A stretch of 64,000 nt of DNA from Alphaproteobacteria bacterium GM202ARS2 (GTDB lineage Bacteria > Pseudomonadota > Alphaproteobacteria > GM7ARS4). Below, piece after piece: positions 28,248 to 38,516 of this stretch; within the stretch, counting starts at the first letter, position 1, and each line of letters opens with the position of its first letter. The stretch is from assembly GCA_014323835.1 (NCBI GenBank), contig JACONH010000001.1:27009-91008 (forward strand), written 5' to 3'. The translations under genes were made by a program, and so were the position numbers. The notes beneath the pieces were generated by a model. It saw only the letters and a list, made by a program, of their open reading frames with translations. It was not told the origin of the DNA and ran no database searches.

Positions 28248-28262
28248 ATTTTGGCATTTGCT

Positions 28263-29285
28263 TTACGTTTTCTGGTTGTGTCCTTGTGCGAGGGCGTGGT
28301 GGATATGGAAGAAAACCGAGATGACTGTTTGTCCTCGTGCTAAATATAGGCGTTCACTGCGTTGATAGAGAGCGAGCAGTCGACTCCATGTGGCAAAAAT
28401 CGGGTGGTGAAAGTGTATTGGCGTTGTGGTGATGTGTTGGTGGAGCCAGTGAAAGATTCTGTCCCAGAACAACAGCCATAAGTTTTGGCTGGTGTCAGCA
28501 CGGGCATCTTTGTCGATGATGGTTGCCAGACGTAGCAGGGGGTCGTGGGGAATAGGCATTGAATTTGTTAGGTTCTTAAGGATATTCTGTAGAGGCACAA
28601 CAAACGTCTCTTCTTGTTGATTGAGCCATAGCAGGGCTCGTCCGGGCACGCCGCCGCTGAGCTGATAGAGTTCCTGTTCGTTGATGGTTGTGGGTAGGTC
28701 TTGAGTCTTAAGGAACGTGCTGAAATCGTCAAAGCTGAGGGGAACGAGGCGTTGCAAGCGACAACGAGAGCGAATGGTTGGCGGCACTGTGTTGATGCTG
28801 TGTGCCGTTAGAATAAACAGGGAATGGGGCGGTGGCTCTTCGATAATCTTAAGCAGAGCATGCCCACCAGCAGGCACAACCGCATCGAAGGGGTCAATCA
28901 CAACGACTTTGGTGTGACCCTGTAGCGCGGTGAGGTTAAGAAAATCGTGAATCTGGCGGATAGACTCGATGGAAATGGATGCGGTTTTTGCTCCTTTGCC
29001 GACGGTTGGGGTTACCGCAAGGAAGTGGTGGTGGCTCCCTGCCAAGATACGTTTGATGGTGGGTTGCGTTGGGTCGAGTTCAGGCAAAGTGTCTGGTGGG
29101 GCGGGGCTGGCGGGCGACGTTTGTAAGACGAAGGCAGCCATTTTGTAAGCCAGGGCGGTTTTGCCCAGTCCACGGGGCCCATAGAGCAACCAACTATGGT
29201 GTCGTTGCTGGCTATCGCAGGCGCGGCGAAAGTCCGTTTCACAGGAACGCTGACCATAAACAACGGGGGGTGTAAAAGTCGTCAT
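28263..29285 (-). CDS. holB: DNA polymerase III subunit delta'
   Basis: SWLLYGPRGLGKTALAYKMAAFVL is the AAA+ clamp-loader Walker A. 340 aa. Co-oriented with tmk downstream, as in many bacteria. Confidence 0.88.
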   Translation of the reverse strand: MTTFTPPVVYGQRSCETDFRRACDSQQRHHSWLLYGPRGLGKTALAYKMAAFVLQTSPASPAPPDTLPELDPTQPTIKRILAGSHHHFLAVTPTVGKGAKTASISIESIRQIHDFLNLTALQGHTKVVVIDPFDAVVPAGGHALLKIIEEPPPHSLFILTAHSINTVPPTIRSRCRLQRLVPLSFDDFSTFLKTQDLPTTINEQELYQLSGGVPGRALLWLNQQEETFVVPLQNILKNLTNSMPIPHDPLLRLATIIDKDARADTSQNLWLLFWDRIFHWLHQHITTTPIHFHHPIFATWSRLLALYQRSERLYLARGQTVISVFFHIHHALAQGHNQKT

Positions 29286-29914
29286 GACAGATAATCTTTA
29301 AGGGAGGTTTGGATGTCTTGGGTGATGGTATCGATGGGCTGGGTTGCGTCGATGATGACGCAACGTTGTTTGTCTTGGGCGGCGCGGGCAAGAAGCCCTT
29401 CTCGCACCCGTTGGAAAAAGGACAGGTCTTTTGCTGTTTCGTAGCGGGCTTCCGCCTTTTCTTGTGGACGAGAAAAGACGTGTTCGGCAGGCATATCGAA
29501 AATAAACGTGCGGGTCGGCATCATGGTGCCGACAACCGCTTGCGAGACAGCATCGATGGGGGCTTTTGCGATGCCCTCGCCCGCGCCTTGATAGGCATAG
29601 GTCGAGTCGATGAAGCGGTCGCATAGCACCCACGCCCCTTTCTCAAGGGCGGGCTTGATGACGGCATGCAGGTGCTCGTTGCGCGCCGCACTAAACAAAA
29701 GCAACGCACTCAAAGGATGCCAGCCCTGCGACGGCGATACCAGCAAATGACGCAGCTGTTCCGCCTGTGGACTGCCCCCCGGCTCACGGGTCGCCACCAC
29801 ATCGGTGCCCCGCTCACGTAGCCACGCAACGATACGACTCATCTGTGTGGTCTTGCCACTATTATCCAAGCCTTCGAAAGTAATGAACGGGGGAGACGGC
29901 ATAGAGAACAACAC
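29282..29914 (-). CDS. tmk: Thymidylate kinase
   Basis: FITFEGLDNSGKTTQ P-loop and ...DRFIDSTYAYQG. Confidence 0.93.
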   Translation of the reverse strand: MLFSMPSPPFITFEGLDNSGKTTQMSRIVAWLRERGTDVVATREPGGSPQAEQLRHLLVSPSQGWHPLSALLLFSAARNEHLHAVIKPALEKGAWVLCDRFIDSTYAYQGAGEGIAKAPIDAVSQAVVGTMMPTRTFIFDMPAEHVFSRPQEKAEARYETAKDLSFFQRVREGLLARAAQDKQRCVIIDATQPIDTITQDIQTSLKDYLS

Positions 29915-29927
29915 ACTTTAAGTATTA

Positions 29928-30716
29928 TTATTTCGAATCAACAATAAAGGCATCGTTGAAGCCTTGTCGGTTGGCTTGATTCAGGATGGTTTGTGCCTGT
30001 TCGCGAGTCGTAAAGGGGCCTAGACGCACCCGATAGAAACGTGTGCCGTGCGTGTTTTCGGTTTCTTCGATGATGACGTCGGGCGTGCTGATACGGGTAT
30101 CAATCAGGTGTTCGGCTTGCCTACGGCTACGATAGGCAGCAATTTGGACGTAGTGACGACCCGCAACGGATGGCTCGTCTGGGTTGGGTTCATAAGGGCT
30201 TGGCTCTACGTTCAGCATTTTTTCTGCTAATTTATTGCCAGCGCGGGCGGCGGCTTCTAGGCTTTTGCGTCTGAGGATTTGCACCCGCACGAGGGTTTTG
30301 CCTTGTTCGAGAAAGCCCAGTTCTCGTGCCGCCCGCCGCGACAGGTCGATGATACGCTCGCCGATAAAGGGGCCTCTGTCGTTGACCCGCAACACAATGG
30401 TGCGTTTGTTGCTCAGATTGGTCACACGCACGTAACTGGGCATCGGCAGAGTCTTGTGGGCGGCGGTCAGCTGTTCGGGGTCGAAAATCTCGCCATTTGC
30501 CGTTGGCTTGTCGGCAAACTCATCGCCATACCACGAGGCAATACCGGTTTCATCGTATTGGTAATCGATTTTTGGCACATAGCGTTTGCCGTCAATGACG
30601 TAGGGGTTGCCGACCTTATAGATGGGGCGCGGTTGAAATGGCGGTGGTGACTCGCCGGATGGCACCAGCGCACAGCCACTGCTTACAACGATGATGATTG
30701 CAAGAAGAACGCGCAT
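29928..30716 (-). CDS. rlpA: Septal ring lytic transglycosylase RlpA-family lipoprotein with a C-terminal SPOR domain
   Basis: The Met MRVLLAIIIVVSSGC is a lipobox signal. DPBB domain ...ASWYGDEFADKPTANGEIFD...VTNLSNKRTIVLRVNDRGPF. SPOR domain ...RHYVQIAAYRSRRQAEHLID...RVRLGPFTTREQA. The track ORF extends 141 codons further upstream with low-complexity translation that I consider non-coding. Confidence 0.85.
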   Translation of the reverse strand: MRVLLAIIIVVSSGCALVPSGESPPPFQPRPIYKVGNPYVIDGKRYVPKIDYQYDETGIASWYGDEFADKPTANGEIFDPEQLTAAHKTLPMPSYVRVTNLSNKRTIVLRVNDRGPFIGERIIDLSRRAARELGFLEQGKTLVRVQILRRKSLEAAARAGNKLAEKMLNVEPSPYEPNPDEPSVAGRHYVQIAAYRSRRQAEHLIDTRISTPDVIIEETENTHGTRFYRVRLGPFTTREQAQTILNQANRQGFNDAFIVDSK

Positions 30717-30717
30717 A

Positions 30718-31791
30718 TCAGGGCTGGAAACTGTCCGAGAGCATACCGATAGCGATACCGAAGTAATCGGAGCGGTTCCACAACAGAATCGTGTTGAAGT
30801 TGGCGTACACCATGAAGGCACGGCGACTTTTGCGCTCCGGTAGGATAATCGCGGCTTTTTGTTGGCTAGCAGGGAGCGTATCGGTGGTCGTGTCTTGTGT
30901 TTGTCCGTTGGGCTGTTTGGGGCGGACACCCAATTTGTGCCATTGCTCGATGGTGCGCCACTTGTCGGGCTGTCGCCCTGCCCATGCTTTCTTGAACTTA
31001 TCGGGTAGGATGACTTCCTTTCCCCACGATTCGTTGTCGCGCCAGCCGAGTTGCCGTAGCAAGTTGGCGGCGGATGCCAGGGCGTCGCCGATGTCTTGCC
31101 AGATATCTTTGTCGCCGTCTTGGTCGTAGTCGATGGCATAGGCGTTATAGGTGGAGGGAATGAATTGCACCTGTCCCATGGCGCCTGCCCACGAGCCTTT
31201 CATGCCCTCCATAGAGGCATGGCCGGCATCGATGATTTTCAGGGACTCGATGAGTTGCTTGCGGTAAAATTGTTGGCGGCGGCTACCATAAGCGAGGCTG
31301 ATAAGGGCGGGAACGATGGCGTGTCGTCCTTGATAGCTGCCGAAGTCGCTTTCCGCGCCCCAAAAAGCAAGCAAAACGTGGCGCGGCACGGAAAAACGCT
31401 CTTCGAGGGCTTGCAGCAGTGGCGCATGCTTCTTGGCAAGACGCTTACCCTCGGCAATACGCTGGGGGTCAACCACACGCTTAAGATAGGTTGCCAGCGT
31501 CAACGTATATTCGGGCTGATTGTTATAGGCTTTGAGAATCGCAGCATTGGGCGCGTGAATGTCGGCTAAGGCTTGCGTCAGGGTTGCCTCACGGATGCCG
31601 TGCGTGCGTGCGTCCGCCCGCACCTCGTCAAGCCAACGCATAAAAGGCGGCACAGGTGGCGGGGCAAATGAGTCAGACGAGTCGTCAGCGGGGGAAAAAA
31701 AGAAAAAGACCAACGTGGCGGTGACAACGCCAAGGGTCATGCCAACCGCACTGCCGAAGAGAAAAGTCGTAAGGGAGGATAAGGGAGGCAT
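30718..31791 (-). CDS. mltB: Lytic murein transglycosylase (MltB/Slt35 family)
   Basis: ...ISLAYGSRRQQFYRKQLIESLKII...GSWAGAMGQVQFIPSTYNAYAIDYDQDGDKDIW is a family 3 lytic-transglycosylase core. N-terminal TM/signal. Confidence 0.85.
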   Translation of the reverse strand: MPPLSSLTTFLFGSAVGMTLGVVTATLVFFFFSPADDSSDSFAPPPVPPFMRWLDEVRADARTHGIREATLTQALADIHAPNAAILKAYNNQPEYTLTLATYLKRVVDPQRIAEGKRLAKKHAPLLQALEERFSVPRHVLLAFWGAESDFGSYQGRHAIVPALISLAYGSRRQQFYRKQLIESLKIIDAGHASMEGMKGSWAGAMGQVQFIPSTYNAYAIDYDQDGDKDIWQDIGDALASAANLLRQLGWRDNESWGKEVILPDKFKKAWAGRQPDKWRTIEQWHKLGVRPKQPNGQTQDTTTDTLPASQQKAAIILPERKSRRAFMVYANFNTILLWNRSDYFGIAIGMLSDSFQP

Positions 31792-31825
31792 AATAATTTG
31801 TGGCGGGCGGGGGGGGCGGGGGGGG

Positions 31826-32686
31826 TTACGTTGTTGTCAAACGGGCGCTGATATCGGCGGCGGGGGCTGATAGCGTTAGGGCTCCGACAGAGACATAATC
31901 GACACCGCAACGGGCGACGTCTTCGATGGTATCGAGGGTGATGTTGCCGGACGCCTCGATGGTGGCGCGGTTATCGATGAGTTGGACGGCTTGGCGCATA
32001 TCAGCAAGGGACATATTATCGAGCAAAATATGAGGTACGTTGTGGTCTAGGGCGGTTTGCACCCGTGTTAGACTATCACATTCGACAATCAAGGTCGACA
32101 AGAGCGCGGGGTCAAGGTTTTTGCGCATGGCGGATAGGATAGTAGCGAGATTGCCCGCACAAGCCGTCCAGTGATTGTCTTTGATAAAAAGGGTGTTGTG
32201 GAGGCTGGTGCGGTGATTCTGCGCACCGCCCAGTCGGGTGGCGTATTTACTGAGGTGACGCAGGGCGGGGATGGTTTTGCGGGTATCGAGTATACGTGTT
32301 TTGTGGTTGCGTAGTTTGTCGCTGTAGGTGCGGGTGAGGGTTGCGATACCGCTGAGGATTTGTAAGCTATTGAGGCAGCTGCGTTCTCGTGCCAGTAGCG
32401 TCTGCGTTGTGCCGTTGATGGTCGCGAGGGTTGTGCCGGTGGCGATGAGTGTGCCGTCTTGTTGCTGTAACGTGGGTTGACATGGGGGGGGAAACACGAG
32501 GGGGACGAGGGGCAAGCCCGCCACCACCATGTTTTGTTTGGCGACGAGGGTTAACGTGCCTTGTTGCTGGGGGTCGGGGGTAAGAGCGTGTTGGCTGGTG
32601 GTATCGTTGTTGGCATTGTCTTCTGAGAGGGCGCGGGCGATGAGCTGGGTGGCTTCGGTGCGTTCAAGGGGAGTTAGGGATGGCAT
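31826..32686 (-). CDS. nadC: Nicotinate-nucleotide diphosphorylase (carboxylating)
   Basis: 286-aa QPRTase pattern ...TRKTIPALRHLSKYATRLGGAQNHRTSLHNTLFIKDNH..., adjacent to nadA. Confidence 0.9.
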   Translation of the reverse strand: MPSLTPLERTEATQLIARALSEDNANNDTTSQHALTPDPQQQGTLTLVAKQNMVVAGLPLVPLVFPPPCQPTLQQQDGTLIATGTTLATINGTTQTLLARERSCLNSLQILSGIATLTRTYSDKLRNHKTRILDTRKTIPALRHLSKYATRLGGAQNHRTSLHNTLFIKDNHWTACAGNLATILSAMRKNLDPALLSTLIVECDSLTRVQTALDHNVPHILLDNMSLADMRQAVQLIDNRATIEASGNITLDTIEDVARCGVDYVSVGALTLSAPAADISARLTTT

Positions 32687-32698
32687 ACAGCACTCGCC

Positions 32699-33709
32699 CT
32701 AGCTGGCGGGCGGCGACATATCGAGCATGCGCATCAGGGGTTTGTGTGCGGCGCGGCGCAATTCGGCATCGAGGGTAATCGCGGGCTGCATGGTGGCAAG
32801 GGCGCGATACAGCTTCTCCATGCTGTTAAGAGCCATATAGGGGCAACGAGCACAATTACACGAGCCATCAACGCCGGGGGCGGTATAAAACGTCTTATGG
32901 GGGGCGGCTTTTTTCATCTGGTGGATGATATGGGTTTCCGTGGCAATGATGAATTCATCGGCATGGGAGGTGCGGACAAAATTCAGCATCGCTGAAGTGG
33001 AGCCAATATGATCGGCGTGCCGCAACAGATGCTCGGGACATTCGGGGTGGGCGGAAATGAGGGCTTTCGGGTGGCGGTGCTTTATTTTAATCATCTCGCG
33101 CTCTGAGAATTGCTCGTGGACGACGCAGGTGCCGGGCCACAGAATCATGTTGTCTCGACCGCTTTGGCGTTTGAGATAGGCACCCAGGTGGCGGTCGGGC
33201 GCAAACAGAATCGGCTTGTCCGCAGGGATTTGCTCGATGATACGCAACGCATTGCTCGACGTGACGATAATGTCCGACAGGGCTTTGACATCGGCAGAGC
33301 AGTTAATATACGTGATAGCCACGTGGTCGGGGTGTTGCTGTCGAAAGGCTTTGAACTTGGCGGGCGGACAGGAGTCTTCCAGCGAGCAGCCGGCTTTGGC
33401 GTCGGGAATAATCACGTTCTTGTCGGGCGACAGAATCTTGGCGACTTCCGCCATAAAACGCACACCACAAAAAACAATGGTCTCGGCATCGGTTGATGCT
33501 GCCTTACGGGACAGGTCAAGAGAATCACCGACAAAATCGGCAATATCTTGGATGTCTTCGTCTTGATAGTAATGTGCGAGAATGACGGCTTTGCGTTGTG
33601 TGCGCAGGTCGTGTATCGCGTCTTCTAAATCCGCAGGGGGCGGACTCGCAGGAGCAAGGGACTCAGAAGCGAGCGGCGGGGATAGCGGGGGCGAGTACGT
33701 ATCGGGCAT
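32699..33709 (-). CDS. nadA: Quinolinate synthase A
   Basis: ...VILAHYYQDEDIQDIADFVGDSL...TETHIIHQM...CNCARCPYM is the NadA family. Confidence 0.92.
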   Translation of the reverse strand: MPDTYSPPLSPPLASESLAPASPPPADLEDAIHDLRTQRKAVILAHYYQDEDIQDIADFVGDSLDLSRKAASTDAETIVFCGVRFMAEVAKILSPDKNVIIPDAKAGCSLEDSCPPAKFKAFRQQHPDHVAITYINCSADVKALSDIIVTSSNALRIIEQIPADKPILFAPDRHLGAYLKRQSGRDNMILWPGTCVVHEQFSEREMIKIKHRHPKALISAHPECPEHLLRHADHIGSTSAMLNFVRTSHADEFIIATETHIIHQMKKAAPHKTFYTAPGVDGSCNCARCPYMALNSMEKLYRALATMQPAITLDAELRRAAHKPLMRMLDMSPPAS

Positions 33710-33753
33710 GCGTATCCTACCAAAACAAGAACCGGTATACGGATATAAGGACG

Positions 33754-35055
33754 TTACGACGGTTTTGCAAGGGGTTGTGTGGTGTGGGGAAAGGCTTTTT
33801 TGCCGTCATACAGCGCGCTTGCTCCCAGTTGCTCTTCGATACGGAGCAGCTGATTATACTTAGCGAGACGCTCTGAGCGGGCGGTCGAGCCAATTTTGAT
33901 TTGCGGGCAGTTAAAGCCAACCGCGAGGTCGGCGATGCTGGTGTCTTCGGTTTCTCCTGAGCGATGTGACATGATACGTCCCATTTGGGCATCTTGCGCG
34001 AGGCGTATGGCTTCTGCCGTTTGTGTCAACGTGCCAATCTGGTTAATTTTAACCAGCAGAGCATTCGCCCAGCCCTCAGCGATGCCTTGGCGCAGACGCT
34101 GCGGGTTGGTGACGAACAGGTCATCGCCGACCAGTTGGACGTGGCTACCGAGGATGCGTTGGGCGTTCTGCCAGCCTGAGAGGTCATCTTCTTGTAAGCC
34201 GTCTTCGATAGAGACGATGGGGTATTTTTTGCGTAGCTGCTGATACCAATCGATGAGGGCATCGCTGGTGTAGGTTTGTTGGTCGATGGTGTAGGTTTTG
34301 TTGTGATAGAGTTCGTTGGCGGCGACATCGAGGGCAAAGGCGATATCTGTGCCGACTTTTCGGCTTGTTTTTTCGATGGCTTGGCAGAGCATATCGAGGG
34401 CTTGCGTGGTGTCTTTGAGGGGGGGTGCGAATCCGCCTTCGTCGCCGACAGCGGTAGAGAATCCTTTGTCTTGTAGGAGGCTCTTGAGGGCGTGAAAGCA
34501 CTCTGCTGACCAGCGTAGGGCTTCGCTGAAGGTGTCTGCTCCCCATGGCACGAGCATGAATTCTTGTATATCGAGGGCATTATTGGCGTGTGCGCCGCCG
34601 TTCATCACATTGACGAGGGGAACAGGCAGTCGATGTGCGGTGTTGCCCCCGATGTGGCGATAGAGGGGCACACCGCTGTTGGTTGCGGCGGCTTTCAGGC
34701 AGGCGAGCGACACCGCGAGTAACGCGTTGGCACCGAGGCTCTTTTTTTCGGGGGTGCCATCCAGCTGGCACATAATGGTATCGATGTTTTGTTGCTCGTA
34801 GACGTTGTGTCCTTCGAGGGCATCGGCAAGGGTGGTGTGAACGGCATCGATGGCTTTGAGAACGCCCTTGCCGAAATAGCGTTTGACGTTGCCGTCGCGC
34901 TTTTCGTGGGCTTCATAGCGTCCTGTGGATGCGCCCGAAGGCACGGCAGCACGTCCGATGACGCCGTTGTCGAGGGTTACATCGACTTCGATGGTGGGCG
35001 TGCCGCGGCTATCGAGAATTTCACGGGCACGCAGGTGGGTAATTACTTGATACAT
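33754..35055 (-). CDS. eno: Enolase
   Basis: MYQVITHLRAREILDSRGTPTIEVDV...SHRSGETEDTSIADLAVG is a canonical enolase. Confidence 0.96.
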   Translation of the reverse strand: MYQVITHLRAREILDSRGTPTIEVDVTLDNGVIGRAAVPSGASTGRYEAHEKRDGNVKRYFGKGVLKAIDAVHTTLADALEGHNVYEQQNIDTIMCQLDGTPEKKSLGANALLAVSLACLKAAATNSGVPLYRHIGGNTAHRLPVPLVNVMNGGAHANNALDIQEFMLVPWGADTFSEALRWSAECFHALKSLLQDKGFSTAVGDEGGFAPPLKDTTQALDMLCQAIEKTSRKVGTDIAFALDVAANELYHNKTYTIDQQTYTSDALIDWYQQLRKKYPIVSIEDGLQEDDLSGWQNAQRILGSHVQLVGDDLFVTNPQRLRQGIAEGWANALLVKINQIGTLTQTAEAIRLAQDAQMGRIMSHRSGETEDTSIADLAVGFNCPQIKIGSTARSERLAKYNQLLRIEEQLGASALYDGKKAFPHTTQPLAKPS

Positions 35056-35927
35056 GACAAATCCTTTTTAACAAGAGAATCAATGGCGGTTACGTGGGCT
35101 AAGAGGGTATCGATTGTTTTGAGGTTAAGCATATTGGCGCCGTCGGAGGGTGCGTTGTCTGGGTCTTGGTGGACTTCGGCAAACAGGCAGGCAACGCCGA
35201 CGGCAACGGCGGCTCGAGCCAAAGGTTCGATGGCGTCTCTTTCGCCGCCGCTTTGTCCTTCGCCTTGTCTTCCGCCTGGGCTCTGAACCGAATGTGTCGC
35301 ATCAAAGACGACAGGATAGCCCATCCGCACCATAAAAGGCAATGCGCGCATATCATTCACCAACGTATTATAGCCGAAACTACTGCCTCGCTCGGTGATA
35401 AGAATGGTGCTGTTACCTTGTTGAGCGACTTTGTCGATGACGTGGGCGATATCCCAAGGTGCCATGAACTGCCCTTTTTTGATGTTAATTGCTTTTTTTG
35501 TGGCGGCGGCAGCGTGAAGAAGGTCGGTTTGACGACAAAGAAAGGCTGGAATTTGCAGAATATCGACGGCTTGTGCCACAGGAACACACTGCGCGGCTTC
35601 GTGAACATCAGTGAGGACGGGACAGCCGTATTCTTGTCGAATGGCAGCGAGAATCTTTAAGCCCTCGTCTATGCCGATGCCGCGTGGGGACGTGCTTTTT
35701 GAGCGATTGGCTTTATCGAAAGAGCCTTTGAAGATAAAGCCTACGTTGTGTTTATCCGTCAGCCGACAGAGTTCGTCTGCGAGCATACGGGCGTGGTCGA
35801 GGCTTTCCAGCGCGCAGGGGCCACCAATAAAAGCCAACGGCTCTTGATTGTTCAGACGCACCTTTTTGTTCAGGGTGACGGTGCGTTGCTTGTGCGCGGG
35901 GATATGCCAAGGAGAACGAGCAGTCAT
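35043..35927 (-). CDS. kdsA: 2-dehydro-3-deoxyphosphooctonate aldolase (KDO8P synthase)
   Basis: ...FIGGPCALES...GFIFKGSFDKANRSS...DVHE... with C-terminal ATHSVQ is the KdsA family. Confidence 0.92.
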   Translation of the reverse strand: MTARSPWHIPAHKQRTVTLNKKVRLNNQEPLAFIGGPCALESLDHARMLADELCRLTDKHNVGFIFKGSFDKANRSKSTSPRGIGIDEGLKILAAIRQEYGCPVLTDVHEAAQCVPVAQAVDILQIPAFLCRQTDLLHAAAATKKAINIKKGQFMAPWDIAHVIDKVAQQGNSTILITERGSSFGYNTLVNDMRALPFMVRMGYPVVFDATHSVQSPGGRQGEGQSGGERDAIEPLARAAVAVGVACLFAEVHQDPDNAPSDGANMLNLKTIDTLLAHVTAIDSLVKKDLSCIK

Positions 35928-35928
35928 C

Positions 35929-37551
35929 TCAAAGTAACAGGCTATGGTCTAAACAGGCACGGATATAGTCAACGAAGAGCGGATGCGGGTCAAGCGGACG
36001 AGATTTAATCTCGGGATGAAACTGCACGCCAATGAACCACGGATGAGATGGCACCTCAACAATTTCGGGCAACTGCCCGTCTGGCGACAAGCCCGACATA
36101 ATCATGCCTGCTCCTTGTAACTGCTGTTGATAGCGGATGTTGACTTCATAGCGGTGACGGTGGCGTTCACTGATAGCCTCTTGTCCGTAGATTCGATAAG
36201 CTTGGCTGTCTTTGCTGAGGCGGCAGGGATACGCGCCCAGACGCATAGTGCCGCCCATCTGCCCATTTTTGTGGGCTTTGATGGCTTTGCCTTGGCTATC
36301 TGTCCACTCGTTAAGCAAGCCAATGACGGGATTTGTGCATGTTTCCAATTCGCTCGAGCCAGCATTGGGGATTTTTGCTACGTTCTGGGCGAATTCCACC
36401 ACCGCCATTTGCATGCCGAAGCAGATACCGAGATAGGGAATAGCGTGCTCACGGGCATAACGTGCGGCAATCATTTTTCCTTGTGTGCCGCGTTCGCCAA
36501 AACCGCCGGGGACGAGGATGCCACTGATACCATCGAAGAAGGACGCATGTTCCGTGCTGGTTTCGATGTTTTCGGCATCAACCCATTTAATGTCCACCGC
36601 ACTGTTCATCGCACAAGCACCATGGGTCAAGGCTTCCGCCAGCGACTTATACGAGTCTACGAGGTGCGTGTACTTACCAATAACCGCAATAGAGACGTTT
36701 TTTTCGGGATAATGCAACCGACGGTGTAAGGCTTGCCAAGGCTTCAAGTCTATGGCTTTTTTTGTCTGCCAGCCGAGACGCTTGCCGATGACCGTGTTGA
36801 GCCCTTGCTCGTTATAGCTGAGGGGCACATCGTAGATGCTCTTCATGTCTTGGGCAGCGATGACGTGGTGGGCGGGAATGTTACAAAACAAGGCTATCTT
36901 TTGGCGGGCTTCATCGCTGAGTTGTTGCTCTTTATCGATACGGCAGAGAAGAATATCGGGCTGAATACCGACACTCTGTAGGTCTTTGACGGAATGTTGT
37001 GTCGGCTTGGTCTTGAGTTCACCCGCCGCATCGAGCCAAGGCAACAGCGTCAAGTGAATAAAAAGGGTCGCGTCATGCCCCTTCTCGTTGCGTAACTGAC
37101 GGATGGCTTCGAGAAAGGGCAAACTTTCGATGTCGCCGACGGTGCCGCCAATCTCACAGATAATAAAGTCGTAGGTTTCGTGGTCTCGTGTGATGAATTC
37201 TTTGATTCTGTCGGTGACGTGGGGGATGACTTGCACGGTGGCACCGAGATAGTCGCCTCGCCGCTCTTTTTCGAGCAGCTGGGCGTAAACTTGCCCTGCG
37301 GTGATGTTGTCTTTTTTGCTGAAGGATATGCCGGTGAATCGCTCGTAATGGCCGAGGTCGAGGTCTGTTTCTGCGCCATCATCGGTAATAAAGACTTCGC
37401 CATGCTGTATCGGGCTCATGGTGCCGGGGTCGATGTTCAAATAGGGGTCGAGCTTACGGAGGGTAATTTTGGCGCCGCCTGCCTGCAGGAGAGCCCCAAT
37501 CGCCGCGGCACACACACCCTTGCCGAGAGATGAAACAACGCCCCCGGTCAC
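35929..37551 (-). CDS. pyrG: CTP synthase
   Basis: [15 protein letters not shown]-terminus and a GATase domain ...[14 protein letters not shown]. Confidence 0.96.
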   Translation of the reverse strand: MTGGVVSSLGKGVCAAAIGALLQAGGAKITLRKLDPYLNIDPGTMSPIQHGEVFITDDGAETDLDLGHYERFTGISFSKKDNITAGQVYAQLLEKERRGDYLGATVQVIPHVTDRIKEFITRDHETYDFIICEIGGTVGDIESLPFLEAIRQLRNEKGHDATLFIHLTLLPWLDAAGELKTKPTQHSVKDLQSVGIQPDILLCRIDKEQQLSDEARQKIALFCNIPAHHVIAAQDMKSIYDVPLSYNEQGLNTVIGKRLGWQTKKAIDLKPWQALHRRLHYPEKNVSIAVIGKYTHLVDSYKSLAEALTHGACAMNSAVDIKWVDAENIETSTEHASFFDGISGILVPGGFGERGTQGKMIAARYAREHAIPYLGICFGMQMAVVEFAQNVAKIPNAGSSELETCTNPVIGLLNEWTDSQGKAIKAHKNGQMGGTMRLGAYPCRLSKDSQAYRIYGQEAISERHRHRYEVNIRYQQQLQGAGMIMSGLSPDGQLPEIVEVPSHPWFIGVQFHPEIKSRPLDPHPLFVDYIRACLDHSLLL

Positions 37552-37592
37552 AAAAATATAGCGCGTAGACTCAACGGGTCGAGACGGATGAT

Positions 37593-37925
37593 TCAGGGGT
37601 CACCTATAGGTGGAAGGGGGGGCAACGAATCGCCCTCAAGAGGAATAAGAGGCAGACCATCGAAGCCATCATCATCCTCGACATCGATAATCGAAGGCGT
37701 ATCGATGCGCGATTGCGACGTCAACGTCAAAATCATGCTGAGGCCCATAAATATGGCTGCCAGAACGGCTGTTGTGCGGGTCAAAAAGTTGCCGCTGCCG
37801 CGCCGAGACATAAAATCGCCGCCGCCGCCAATGCCAAGACCGCCGCCCTCGGAACGCTGAAGCAAAATAATGCCAACCAAAGCCGAGGCAACAATCAGAT
37901 GAATGATAAGAAGGGTCGTAGACAT
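37593..37925 (-). CDS. secG: Preprotein translocase subunit SecG
   Basis: [31 protein letters not shown]... is a typical SecG. The track ORF starts 12 codons upstream. Confidence 0.85.
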   Translation of the reverse strand: MSTTLLIIHLIVASALVGIILLQRSEGGGLGIGGGGDFMSRRGSGNFLTRTTAVLAAIFMGLSMILTLTSQSRIDTPSIIDVEDDDGFDGLPLIPLEGDSLPPLPPIGDP

Positions 37926-38071
37926 GATGGCATAATAACAAGATTTCTCGTCAAGGGTCAATTGTTTGTCGCAACGCGGCGGTGAGCTTGCCCCGCTACA
38001 TTACGCTTTATAGGATAAATCGTTCAGTGTCCAGCGAACGTGTGTGTCTTCTAGGGCTTCGTTTTTTACAA

Positions 38072-38359
38072 TCAAGTCGAGAGCTGTTTGCCCGTCATTT
38101 GTTTTTTCTGGAATGAACGTATTTCCTCCAGCTTGTCGGATACGCCATCTTTGATATCAACACTGCACGTTGCGTTGACGTCTGCCCCCGCTTGAACCAA
38201 TACATCAATCACGGAAAGATTTTTGTTGAATAACACAGCATAATGCAAGGGTGTCGCATCGTACTCATCGCGTGCATTGACATCTTCTCCAGCATCGAGA
38301 CGCTTTTTGACATCCTCAGGGGTTGCCCGTTTCATGAACTCTTTATCTAATAACTGCAT
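38072..38359 (-). CDS. Small ankyrin-repeat protein, a paralogue
   Basis: MQLLDKEFMKRATPEDVKKRLDAGEDVNARDEYDATPLHYAVLFNKNLSVIDVLVQAGADVNA shares its N-terminal 17 aa almost exactly with the 27655-27933 gene. Confidence 0.8.
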   Translation of the reverse strand: MQLLDKEFMKRATPEDVKKRLDAGEDVNARDEYDATPLHYAVLFNKNLSVIDVLVQAGADVNATCSVDIKDGVSDKLEEIRSFQKKQMTGKQLST

Positions 38360-38444
38360 GGCGTCCGCTCTCTTTTAAGCCTCATACCCCCGCACCTACG
38401 GTATAAATAAGCCAATAAAAAAAGCAAAGCAAGGCAATAAATGA

Positions 38445-38460
38445 AAAGAGCAATTGTTTC
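38445..38460. promoter_or_regulatory. parS: parS-like palindrome TGTTTCCCGTGAAACA with one mismatch, within CAATTGTTTCCCGTGAAACAATTG. It lies ~86 bp upstream of the ankyrin start.
   Basis: Read directly from the sequence. Confidence 0.65.
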
Positions 38461-38516
38461 CCGTGAAACAATTGCGCGCACACACAAAAAAGCGCGCCCA
38501 TCAAGCCAGCATACAA

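Noticed and set aside
29928-31139. Full 403-aa track ORF for rlpA, and the similar 5' extensions of pyrH, dxr, tatD, hflX, secG, pccB and the YegP gene
   Set aside because: The N-terminal extensions are low-complexity and overlap upstream genes. Internal Mets with signal peptides, ribosome-binding sites or homology-supported N-termini were chosen instead. Coordinates of the chosen starts may be off by a codon.
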